DNA from: Deltaproteobacteria bacterium TL4
GTDB taxonomy: Bacteria; SAR324; NAC60-12
Length of the DNA stretch: 41,496 bases
Direction of reading: 5' to 3'
Assembly (NCBI GenBank): GCA_051382335.1
Contig: JBBCAX010000270.1
Span: 1-41,496, forward strand
Shown in pieces: positions 9,101 to 17,265 of this stretch (within the stretch, counting starts at the first letter, position 1; every line of letters starts with the position of its first letter). The translations under genes and the position numbers were made by a program. The notes beneath the pieces were generated by a model. It saw only the letters and a list, made by a program, of their open reading frames with translations. It ran no database searches and was not told where the DNA came from.

Positions 9101-9377
9101 GCAAGCCGCTGAATATTCAGCGGCTTCAATCCAACTGAAATCAGGTGATGCCATTTTACTTTATACCGATGGTTTAGACGAGATGATGAACTCAAAGGCA
9201 GAAATGTTCGGAACAAGTCGAACAGAAAAGTTATTTACCAATAAAACAACATTGGGGGCACAGCAAATCATCGAACAGATCTATCATCAGGCTGATGAAT
9301 TTAAGGGAGATCAAAAGCAGTTTGATGACGTGACCATGATTGTGTGTAAAGTGGTTCAAGCGTTTCCTCACTCATAA
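6147..9377 (+). CDS. Hybrid sensor kinase: Cache-HAMP-HisKA-HATPase-REC-SpoIIE (PP2C phosphatase)
   Basis: TM1, Cache-like periplasmic region (YFFILD, WSLGLVVP), TM2, HAMP (DEIGALG), H-box SHELRTPL, GGTGLGL, REC (VVDDE, LLDVMMP), PP2C motifs GGDWYG, GDVTGHGVPAA, LYTDGL, DDVT. The true start may be 6168 or 6183. Confidence 0.9.
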   Translation: MEQYMRGMTRLPMRLLFWHKLFFLLACSILILALRLTFETWKSFDRASDQIGEEGKIILSKQTQSFLLEWVKTQQKMQAQQLIHAQNSAIYGAEFMSEIMNSTKPLKAKIDHLLSLLLQPAEHNIQAYVVLTTGEIWEYPHSDLKSKFSPEFNLNQVKFFPPLSAFQQPQRSVLWSQVHVHPADIRKDLVIDAIAPIWLDQQLRGFVGISISIEKLITQLNQQQHVPGSYFFILDREQHLIASSPQGKRDLAPPEQLENQDRIELKETGNPDLNQILRNMALGEASLKEVLIKNKPTYLAYHPLKNINWSLGLVVPVERATANAVELVKVIDVNTHQVLLEMVLWTGILLILTITIGGFLVRQLMAPLNELKTVTERIATGDLKQRVKVTSDDEIGALGSTINLMADQLQILISRLEQSVIDLKKADKMKDEFLAKTSHELRTPLHGIIGLVESLQDGTKGPVSTEQLHDLQMIRQSGKRLAHLVNDILDLSKMKNHELSLQLKPVDVKSVAQLSLNLSHFLIQQKSIQLINRIPDNLPLVEADENRLQQIILNLTGNAIKFTPQGQVAIDAQKEDDSVRISVSDTGIGIAEDKLEQIFESFEQADGSVSRLYGGTGLGLTITKQLIELHGGKIEVQSQEGQGSTFSFRLPLAKNQQRSVDVSGLSKIKESFLKKSENISILIKPNRDEDAVKSILVVDDEPVNLQILINHLSLHPFKIYTANNGQEALEKIEEHKPDLLLLDVMMPRMTGFEVCIKVREQYNATQLPIILLTAKNQVDDLLEGFDSGANDYLSKPFSKSELLARANTHIRLSELTLQMVEKSRMEAELRTAAAMQSVLFPKNNPHYLQLEIAGFNQSAEETGGDWYGFITKLENHLYILIGDVTGHGVPAALITASVYGAVRLIEDFCQKSSRILSPCEINAILNDIVSYTVPDAYYMTFYTVHIDLITGLMSYSDAGHGHALLVRNQCRIPLVEEGGPMLGIMQAAEYSAASIQLKSGDAILLYTDGLDEMMNSKAEMFGTSRTEKLFTNKTTLGAQQIIEQIYHQADEFKGDQKQFDDVTMIVCKVVQAFPHS

Positions 9378-9446
9378 CCGGTTTGAGCTTGGGGGGAAGG
9401 AGGCACTTGAGACATTCCCGCCACACTCACCTTCAGCGGGAAAAGC

Positions 9447-9545
9447 TTATTTTATCAAGTAGTCTTGGACCCCAAGTTTCATCGCCTCTACCGCCACGGA
9501 TTCATTGCCCTGTCCTGTCAAAATAATTATGGGAATTGTAACGTT
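9447..9545 (-). pseudogene. Fragment of a response-regulator receiver domain
   Basis: IPIIILTGQGNESVAVEAMKLGVQDYLIK is the beta4-alpha4-beta5 part of a REC domain; there is no N-terminal half and no phosphoacceptor Asp. Confidence 0.7.
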
Positions 9546-9625
9546 CCGTGATAAAGCGTCCTGTCCTTTTTTTTTTGTGCATTTCGTGGACTCAAAACGG
9601 GCGGAATCGCAAAAAATCGAGATCC

Positions 9626-11476
9626 TCAGGTAAAATTTATTTGAAATTCCCGGTAAGATAATCCTAGCTGCTTGCATTGCGCAGAAACGTGCGATTTCTG
9701 TTCAGGAGATAAACTGAAGGTCGTCAACAACACTTCTTCAATATCATGTTTTTGACAAACCTCCTGCAAGTTGGCAAGCGTTCCTAGGATTGGGAAGCCT
9801 TGAACCGTTAAGTTCTTTAAAGACGCATCATCATCAATAAACCCGACTGGTGTAAAACCTAAACTCGCATTTTTCCGAATCGCATTCAAAGACAGCATTC
9901 CCGCATCACCCGCACCATACAAGAGGGCACGTTTCCCGTGATGAGGTTTCAAACTAAAGTATTGACGTAATATGGGGAAGGAAAAACGGATTGTTGCCAA
10001 AGACATTGCCGTTAATAATAAGTCTATAATGAAGACTGACCGGGATACCACGATCGCGGGAAAAAACAAGGAGGTGCTGGATAATAACAAAAGACTTCCA
10101 ACCGCCGAGGCCACTATAATTTTTATCAACTCGGAGGCACCCGTATAACGCCACACTCCCCGATACAATCCAAACAGGTAAAGCACCGGAAGCTTCACTC
10201 CAATCACCAAAGGTAAAAGCTGATAAAGGTTTTGTTGCTGTAAAGGGGAAATCCCTTCTTCAAAACGGAGATAGTGAGCCAAGACAAACGCCGCATAAAT
10301 CAGAAAAGAGTCAGCCATCGCGCCTATAAATTGGCGTTGATGAAACATGGTTTGAATGGCCACATGACGCTGTTTTTTTAGTCCATCCTCACTTTCTTCC
10401 TTCGCTTGCGGTTTCCCTTCATAAACATCCAGACTTCCTAAAAAAACCCCGAAGGCCGCCATTCCCAATCCCATGTAAATGACGATGGAATAAAATAATC
10501 GGATCTCCATAAAACTGAAGAGCACACCCAGTGAACCAAATAATAAACTCACGCCATAGAGGGTGAGTACTGCCTTTTTTTCGGAAAAACCAAGAAAAAC
10601 CAAACGATGGGAAGTATGATCCCGACCTCCCTGCGAAATCGGGCGCCCCGAAATGAACCGAACTAATGTGACTAAAGTGGTATCAAAAATGGGCACAGCC
10701 ATCACCGCCACAGGTACCAATAAAACGGCCAAAGTCCCTCCTGGTGCCGCAATCTTGGAATGCGAACCAATAGCCAGTGCCGCAATGACATACCCTAAAA
10801 AGAGACTTCCACAATCTCCCATAAAAATTTTAGCAGGATTAAAATTATAAACCAAAAAACCGCAGGCGGCCCCCGTAATTGAGGCCAACAATCCCGCGGT
10901 GACAATATCTCGGGAAAGGACAGAGAAAATAGCCATCACAAAGGTGCTGATCGCAGCGATGCCAGCCGCCAAGCCATCCATGTTGTCTAACAAATTGAGC
11001 GCGTTGGTAATGCCGATAACCCAAATAAAAGTCAGCGGTATGTTGACCCAAGCGGGCCATTCGCCTCCAAACGCATAGCCGCTAAAGAGCAGGATACTGG
11101 TACCGATCACTTGTGCCACAAACTTTCCGGCAGGCTTGATGTTGATCACATCATCAATCAGGCCCACGAAAAACATAAACGTCGCGCCTCCCCAAATCAT
11201 CCAGGGAATCTCCAGAAAGGTAGCGCCTCCAGAACTGCTGATCCATGGAATCTCTCGATCAACAATTCCACCTAACGCAACAGTGGAACCCATGTAAATA
11301 GCGACCCCGCCCATCAACGCGGTAGGTTTCTTATGCCACCGGTCCGATTTAGGCTGAGCGACCCAGCCCACAACTTGAGCTATTCGAATCACAACCGGAG
11401 TCATCACCAACGTTAATATAAAGGAAGTTGCCCCTATATACCATGGCAACCACAGAATAGAATTTGGCAAACTCAT
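9626..11476 (-). CDS. WecA/MraY-family polyprenyl-phosphate sugar-1-phosphate transferase fused to a PglF/CapD-type membrane + CoA-binding-like module
   Basis: PTALMGG, GLIDD, NALNLLDNMDGLA, IFMGDCGS, DHTSHRL; the C-terminal third has LYRGVWRYTG and LLYGAGDAG...VGFIDDD. ATG 11476 chosen for the GAGG upstream; the ORF is open to 11530. Confidence 0.85.
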   Translation of the reverse strand: MSLPNSILWLPWYIGATSFILTLVMTPVVIRIAQVVGWVAQPKSDRWHKKPTALMGGVAIYMGSTVALGGIVDREIPWISSSGGATFLEIPWMIWGGATFMFFVGLIDDVINIKPAGKFVAQVIGTSILLFSGYAFGGEWPAWVNIPLTFIWVIGITNALNLLDNMDGLAAGIAAISTFVMAIFSVLSRDIVTAGLLASITGAACGFLVYNFNPAKIFMGDCGSLFLGYVIAALAIGSHSKIAAPGGTLAVLLVPVAVMAVPIFDTTLVTLVRFISGRPISQGGRDHTSHRLVFLGFSEKKAVLTLYGVSLLFGSLGVLFSFMEIRLFYSIVIYMGLGMAAFGVFLGSLDVYEGKPQAKEESEDGLKKQRHVAIQTMFHQRQFIGAMADSFLIYAAFVLAHYLRFEEGISPLQQQNLYQLLPLVIGVKLPVLYLFGLYRGVWRYTGASELIKIIVASAVGSLLLLSSTSLFFPAIVVSRSVFIIDLLLTAMSLATIRFSFPILRQYFSLKPHHGKRALLYGAGDAGMLSLNAIRKNASLGFTPVGFIDDDASLKNLTVQGFPILGTLANLQEVCQKHDIEEVLLTTFSLSPEQKSHVSAQCKQLGLSYREFQINFT

Positions 11477-11876
11477 CGCTCCCATCACCTCACTTACGCT
11501 TATATAAACAAAGAAACCCGCAATCAACAACGTTTTTCACCTTACATTAACCAGGAAAAATATCACCTCAATTTCCTTGACCGTAAAAATATGCAACTAT
11601 TCGACCACCTCAGAGTTTCCCATCATGAATTGCAGGGAAACGCGATTGGGGTGTTTGTCACTGGAAGGAAACACTGCCATTTTCACTCACACACCTGAGT
11701 TGTGATTGGGCTTTATTTACTTGACTTTCCTGCCTAAAATGATCTAAATGGCCCCTTGCTTTTCAAGGTATATTTCTTTTATTGCGTATTGGGGAATGTA
11801 ACGCAAACGGCGGAGCTTTGTCAAAATTCGCATAATTATTGATCTTGCTGAGTTTCTCACACAAGAGCCCTTCTTA

Positions 11877-12857
11877 ATGAAAAAAGCGTTAATTACAGGC
11901 CTTACAGGCCAAGACGGGAGTTACCTGGCGGAGTATTTACTGGAACTGGGTTATCAAGTTCATGGGATTGTGCGTCGGATTGCCTTGGAAGATCCGGCCC
12001 ATCGCTTATGGCGTATCTCGCATCTTAAAAATCAAATTGTCTTCCATGCGGCTTCCATTGAAAGTTACCCCAGTATTTTCAATGTCTTTCAGACAGTCAA
12101 ACCGGATGAATGTTATCACTTGGCGGCTCAGAGTTTTGTTTCATACTCGTTCGAAGATGAGTTTTCCACAATGGCTACCAATATCAATGGGACCCATTGT
12201 ATGCTTTCTGCCTTGCTCAAAGCGTGTCCGGAGTGTCACTTTTATTTTGCGGCATCTTCGGAAATGTTTGGAAAAGTGGAAGCTGTTCCTCAGTCTGAAA
12301 CGACACGATTTCACCCTCGCTCAGTGTATGGTATCTCAAAAGTTGCGGGTTATGAACTCACTCGAAACTATCGTGAAGCGTGTAACCTTTTTGCCTGTTC
12401 CGGAATATTATTCAATCATGAATCTCCGCGTCGTGGATTTGAGTTTGTCACTCGAAAAATTTCTTCTTCAATAGCTAAGATTAAATTAGGACTGGATCAG
12501 AAATTGCGGTTGGGAAATATCGAAGCCAAACGTGACTGGGGATTTGCGGGAGAATATGTTAAAGTCATGCACACCATGCTGAATCAAGACGTACCTGATG
12601 ATTTTGTTGTGGGTACTGGCGAGGCACATTCAGTCAAGGAGTTTCTGGAGATCGCGTTTGATGAGGTAGGATTGAATTATGAAGATCATCTGATAATCGA
12701 TGAACAGCTTTTTCGTCCTGCTGAGGTAAACATTTTATTAGCGGACCCTCGAAAAGCATGGGAACAACTAGGATGGAAAGCGCAAGTCTCATTTGAGGAG
12801 TTAGTGCGCATGATGGTTCGGGGAGACTTGGAATCTTACTCGACTCAAAAGTTTTGA
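11877..12857 (+). CDS. gmd: GDP-mannose 4,6-dehydratase
   Basis: KALITGLTGQDGSYLAE, HLAAQSFV, YGISK, LFNHESPRRG.EFVTRKI, RDWGFAG. Confidence 0.95.
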   Translation: MKKALITGLTGQDGSYLAEYLLELGYQVHGIVRRIALEDPAHRLWRISHLKNQIVFHAASIESYPSIFNVFQTVKPDECYHLAAQSFVSYSFEDEFSTMATNINGTHCMLSALLKACPECHFYFAASSEMFGKVEAVPQSETTRFHPRSVYGISKVAGYELTRNYREACNLFACSGILFNHESPRRGFEFVTRKISSSIAKIKLGLDQKLRLGNIEAKRDWGFAGEYVKVMHTMLNQDVPDDFVVGTGEAHSVKEFLEIAFDEVGLNYEDHLIIDEQLFRPAEVNILLADPRKAWEQLGWKAQVSFEELVRMMVRGDLESYSTQKF

Positions 12858-12893
12858 TACAAACTCTGAATAAAACTTTATCAAATTTGAAAA

Positions 12894-13841
12894 ATGGACG
12901 CTATGATTGATTTATCGAAAAAAAGGATAATGGTTACTGGAGGAGCTGGTTTCCTCGGAAAGCAGATAGTCAAAAAACTCGAGCAAAGAAAGTGTAACCA
13001 TATTTTTATCCCAAGAAAAAGCGAATACGATCTCACCCGGCGAGAAAAAGTCAGCAGTGCGTATGATGCGGCAAACCCTGATATCGTTATCCATCTTGCG
13101 GCCTCGGTCGGGGGAATCGGGGCGAATATGAAAAATCCTGCCAGTTTTTTTTATGATAACTTGATGATGGGAGTTCAACTTTTAGATGAGGCTTGGAAGC
13201 GCAAAATTGAAAAATTTGTTGCCTTGGGGACGATCTGTGCCTACCCTAAATATACACCAGTTCCTTTCCAAGAAGAGGATCTCTGGGATGGATACCCTGA
13301 AGAAACCAATGCCCCCTATGGACTTGCTAAAAAGATGCTGTTAGTGCAATCGCAGGCCTATCGTCAGCAATACGGATTCAATTCGATCTTCCTGCTTCCC
13401 GTCAACCTCTATGGTCCAGGCGATAACTTTGAGCTGCAATCTTCCCATGTCATTCCAGCGCTCATTCGCAAAGTCCACGAAGCTCAAATCAGGGGTGCTC
13501 AACAGGTCGAAATTTGGGGAGATGGTTCCCCTACACGGGAATTTTTATATGCTGAAGACTGTGCGGAAGGTCTCTTATTGGCAACAGAGCGTTATAATAA
13601 GTCAGACCCCGTTAACCTTGGAGCCGGTTTCGAAATTTCAATCAAAGAACTGGGTCATAAAATTTGTCAATTGATGGGCTTTGAAGGCAAAATTACCTGG
13701 GATATCTCGAAACCTAATGGACAACCACGGCGTTGCCTGGATACTTCCAAAGCCACAAGGGAGTTTGGTTTCCAAGCAAAAACCTCGTTTGAGGAGGGTT
13801 TACAGAAAACAATCGAATGGTACAGGAAAACCAATGTCTAA
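12894..13841 (+). CDS. fcl: GDP-L-fucose synthase family epimerase/reductase
   Basis: [67 protein letters not shown]. Confidence 0.93.
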   Translation: MDAMIDLSKKRIMVTGGAGFLGKQIVKKLEQRKCNHIFIPRKSEYDLTRREKVSSAYDAANPDIVIHLAASVGGIGANMKNPASFFYDNLMMGVQLLDEAWKRKIEKFVALGTICAYPKYTPVPFQEEDLWDGYPEETNAPYGLAKKMLLVQSQAYRQQYGFNSIFLLPVNLYGPGDNFELQSSHVIPALIRKVHEAQIRGAQQVEIWGDGSPTREFLYAEDCAEGLLLATERYNKSDPVNLGAGFEISIKELGHKICQLMGFEGKITWDISKPNGQPRRCLDTSKATREFGFQAKTSFEEGLQKTIEWYRKTNV

Positions 13842-13890
13842 AACGGCACGAATCACTGGAATCACCGACCAGGAGGGGGTTTATCTTGCA
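13834..13890 (+). pseudogene. Degenerate N-terminal remnant of a second gmd
   Basis: [19 protein letters not shown] aligns with the gmd N-terminus KKALITGLTGQDGSYLA. The ATG overlaps the fcl stop, and similarity ends after about 19 codons. Confidence 0.7.
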
Positions 13891-13975
13891 GTCTCCTCCC
13901 CAAGAAGATCTGGGGTGACCAGACTGATTCCCAAAGATAGTCCTCCCATTTCTCCCCTCTCAAGTATCCCGCTTA

Positions 13976-15316
13976 ATGATTAACAAATTCCAAAAATTCA
14001 CTAACCATCAAGGCGTTAAAAAGTATTTCAAGAACACCTCCTGGATGTTCGGCGAGCAAATATTACGAATGCTTGCGGGATTGTTTGTAGGTGTATGGGT
14101 TGCACGTTATCTGGGACCTGAGCAATTTGGAATATTGAATTATGTCATTGCCTTTACCGCAATCTTTGGAAGTATTGCAAGACTCGGCCTTGATGGAATT
14201 GTTGTCCGCGATTTGGTCAATGATCCCTCCAGACGGGATATCTATTTGGGGACCGCGTTTTGGCTCAAAGTCATAGGCTCTATTGTGATTTTTGGTGTCA
14301 TCGTGGCTGTCACACTTTTCACCTCCGACGATACCACCACAAACCTCTACATCTTCATTATTGCCAGTGGGATGATTTTCCAAAGTTTTGAGGTGATCGA
14401 ATTTTATTTTCAAGCAAAAGTTCTCTCAAAATTTGTCTCACTCTGCAGAATAGCCCAACTTTTGCTCTCTTCAATACTCAAAATTTATTTTGTGGTTACG
14501 GGAACGGATATCTTTTGGTTTGTTCTCGTGAGTTTGTTGGATCAAGTCTCTTTAGCGATCTCGCTCCTTTTGGCCTATTATGCTCAAAAATTGGGAGGTT
14601 TTTATAAAAATTTCGATGTTTGGGAGGCAAAAAGACTGCTGAAGGATAGTTGGCCCCTAGTAACAACTAGCCTTTTTATCATGATTTATATCCGTATTGA
14701 TCAAGTTATGATCAAAAATATCCTTGGAGAAATGGATGTAGGGATCTATTCGGCGGCGGTGAGACTCAGCGAAGTATTTTATTTTATTCCGGTTATTATT
14801 GCCAATTCACTATTTCCCGCAATTTTAGAGACTAAAAAGCGGAGTCGAATCTTGTATCTCGCAAGACTTCAAATGTTTTATACACTCATGGTGTGGATTG
14901 CGATAGGAATTGGGTTGATCATGACTTTGATGAGTGACCATGTCGTGACACTCCTTTACGGCAAGGCCTATAAGAGCGCAGGACTGGTATTAAAGGTACA
15001 TATCTGGGCAACCGTATTTGTGTTTTTTGGTACTGTAAAGGGAAAGTGGATTTTAACTGAAAATATGCAGTTTTACAGTGCGATATGTACTGGACTTGGG
15101 GCGGTATCAAATATTGTGTTTAACATGGTTTTAATCCCTCATTATGGAGTTGTTGGAGCTTCCATGGCAACCATATTTGCCCATATATTCTCCGCTTTGG
15201 TCATTCCAACATTCTATAAACCAGATCGGATAAGTGTATTAATGTTGTTGAATACATTTAATCTTAAGCAAATGAGAAAAAATGTGACCCTTTCAATAGC
15301 TAAGAAGATTGGTTGA
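13976..15316 (+). CDS. wzx: O-antigen/polysaccharide flippase
   Basis: About 12 TM; ARYLGPEQFG, IYIRIDQVMI, VGIYSAAVRL, LIPHYGVVGASMAT. Confidence 0.92.
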   Translation: MINKFQKFTNHQGVKKYFKNTSWMFGEQILRMLAGLFVGVWVARYLGPEQFGILNYVIAFTAIFGSIARLGLDGIVVRDLVNDPSRRDIYLGTAFWLKVIGSIVIFGVIVAVTLFTSDDTTTNLYIFIIASGMIFQSFEVIEFYFQAKVLSKFVSLCRIAQLLLSSILKIYFVVTGTDIFWFVLVSLLDQVSLAISLLLAYYAQKLGGFYKNFDVWEAKRLLKDSWPLVTTSLFIMIYIRIDQVMIKNILGEMDVGIYSAAVRLSEVFYFIPVIIANSLFPAILETKKRSRILYLARLQMFYTLMVWIAIGIGLIMTLMSDHVVTLLYGKAYKSAGLVLKVHIWATVFVFFGTVKGKWILTENMQFYSAICTGLGAVSNIVFNMVLIPHYGVVGASMATIFAHIFSALVIPTFYKPDRISVLMLLNTFNLKQMRKNVTLSIAKKIG

Positions 15317-15380
15317 CAACTTAAGGTGCAACGTTTCTCAAGCGTCCGTCAGAGTGTGAATGTCATCATCTTAATAAGAA

Positions 15381-16274
15381 ATGAGGTTATCAAATAGCCT
15401 AAATTATAAACTGAAAATGAAAGATATTGAAAATATGATTCTTTATTTCGTGAGAAAATTTAAGCTCTTTCTCAAAAAACGCTTAGAGAAGAAATTTGTT
15501 ATACTAGGTAAAAAGAAAGCTCTGAGTTCATCTTTGGTACCGTGGAGAGAGGAATTTTTCGAAAAAATTGATAAAAGAATAACTGGTGAAGTTAAGACGA
15601 TTCTTGAAATTGGTGACGGTGATGGTGCGTTAAGCTACAAGTTATCGCAGAAACATAGCGACTGCTTTTTTTATGGGATTGATATTGAAACTGAGTCTTT
15701 CAAAGAAAATAATTATTATCATTTGAACATGGACTCTACGGAAATTGTATTTCAGGACAATTTTTTTGATCTCATCATTTCACATAATGTTTTTGAACAT
15801 ATTCACAATCTGGGTGAGGCTCTTGAAGAGATGATTAGGGTATTAAAACCAGATGGGAAAATGTACGCATATTTTGCACCCATCTGGACAAGTGCCTATG
15901 GACATCATTTTTATAACGATACGGGAGAAGTCGTGGATTCAGTCTTCCCTCCCTATGTTCATTTGTCCATGTCCGATGAAAAGTTAAAGAAATATATCCC
16001 AAAGAAGATAGGACTGTTTTCAATGGAACGGATTCAGGCAGAAAATTATCTGATAGGTGGATGCAATAATAAGTTACGCTCAGATGATTACCGGAAATTA
16101 TTTTTAGATAGAAAAGATTTTGAAATTCTTAAATTTGACGAAATTACCGATCATCACCACAATAATAATATAAGCGATTTACCGACAAACCTGTTAGAGA
16201 GGTATCGTTCCATGCCCAAAGAAGATTTGAGAGTAATTGGATTTGAAATTGAAGGGCGGAAAGTAAAACTTTAA
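15381..16274 (+). CDS. Class I SAM-dependent methyltransferase
   Basis: ILEIGDGDG (motif I), YGIDI, FDLIISHNVFEHI, RVLKPDG. Start uncertain. Confidence 0.85.
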   Translation: MRLSNSLNYKLKMKDIENMILYFVRKFKLFLKKRLEKKFVILGKKKALSSSLVPWREEFFEKIDKRITGEVKTILEIGDGDGALSYKLSQKHSDCFFYGIDIETESFKENNYYHLNMDSTEIVFQDNFFDLIISHNVFEHIHNLGEALEEMIRVLKPDGKMYAYFAPIWTSAYGHHFYNDTGEVVDSVFPPYVHLSMSDEKLKKYIPKKIGLFSMERIQAENYLIGGCNNKLRSDDYRKLFLDRKDFEILKFDEITDHHHNNNISDLPTNLLERYRSMPKEDLRVIGFEIEGRKVKL

Positions 16275-16283
16275 GACAATAAC

Positions 16284-17255
16284 GTGAGTACATTCATGAA
16301 GATAGGTTTTTACATAAAGTGGAATAAATTCTCGATCAACTCTCAGGGAAACGTCATTGGAGATGAATTATTAGGGGAATCGTTGTGCAACGTCATCAAT
16401 AAGATATTTCCGGATTGTCATGCAGAACTTTATGCTCCCAATTATCTACCTAAGGATAAACTGGAGGTTATGGTCTATCTCAATGATATACCACCACAGG
16501 AATCATTGGCTAAAAGGCATATTCTTTATTTGCAGAATGGAGGATACGGTGAGCAGGCGGCAGACCTTCTTGAGAGACTGGCGCACTTTGGTTATGACCA
16601 TTATATATTTTTTTCCAAACAACTCCTTGAACTCCACCAGCATGCTGGTGGAGAAGGTTTGTTTCTGCCCTTTGGTGTTGATACGGATTTTTTTCAACCT
16701 CGTTGTTTAGAGCAAGTCTATCGTCATGATGTCGCTTATGTTGGCAATGATATCAAGGGAGAAGAACGAACCATGCAATACCTCTATCCTGCTATTGAGT
16801 TTAATTTTGGTCTCTATGGTAACTGGAGGTTACCACGGTCCAGACTGAAATTCTGGAAAAACTGGAAACGAGTCGCTCCCTACAAAATTGAATTTGAAAA
16901 ATTATCGAAAGGGAAAATACCTCAAGAAAAGGTCCCTGTGCTTTATAGCTCCGCAAAAATTAACTTAAACTGTACGCTCCAAGACTGTGTTGATTGGGAG
17001 GTAATTACACTCAGAACTTATGAAGTTCTTGCCTGCAAAGGTTTTTTGATTAGTGATATTGTGCCAGTGGCTAAAGAGACTATGCAGGGATGCCTGGTAT
17101 TTACTGAGGGACATGAAATGCTTAGAGAACAAATCCGTTATTACCTTGCTCATGAAAAAGAACGTGATGACATCGCGCAGAATGGATATGAGTATGTAAC
17201 GCAGCACGCATCTATTAGTGTACGTGCCAGAGAACTTGTCAACTATATTCAATAG
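16284..17255 (+). CDS. CgeB-like GT-B glycosyltransferase
   Basis: LPFGVDTDFF, DVAYVGN, LYSSAKINLN, RTYEVLACKGFLISD, IAQNGYEYV: the Glyco_trans_1_2/CgeB pattern. Confidence 0.8.
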   Translation: MSTFMKIGFYIKWNKFSINSQGNVIGDELLGESLCNVINKIFPDCHAELYAPNYLPKDKLEVMVYLNDIPPQESLAKRHILYLQNGGYGEQAADLLERLAHFGYDHYIFFSKQLLELHQHAGGEGLFLPFGVDTDFFQPRCLEQVYRHDVAYVGNDIKGEERTMQYLYPAIEFNFGLYGNWRLPRSRLKFWKNWKRVAPYKIEFEKLSKGKIPQEKVPVLYSSAKINLNCTLQDCVDWEVITLRTYEVLACKGFLISDIVPVAKETMQGCLVFTEGHEMLREQIRYYLAHEKERDDIAQNGYEYVTQHASISVRARELVNYIQ

Positions 17256-17265
17256 GGTGTTTGTT

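Noticed and set aside
9415..9442. TTCCCGC...GCGGGAA hairpin as a terminator
   Set aside because: 14-nt loop and no convincing U-tract on either strand.
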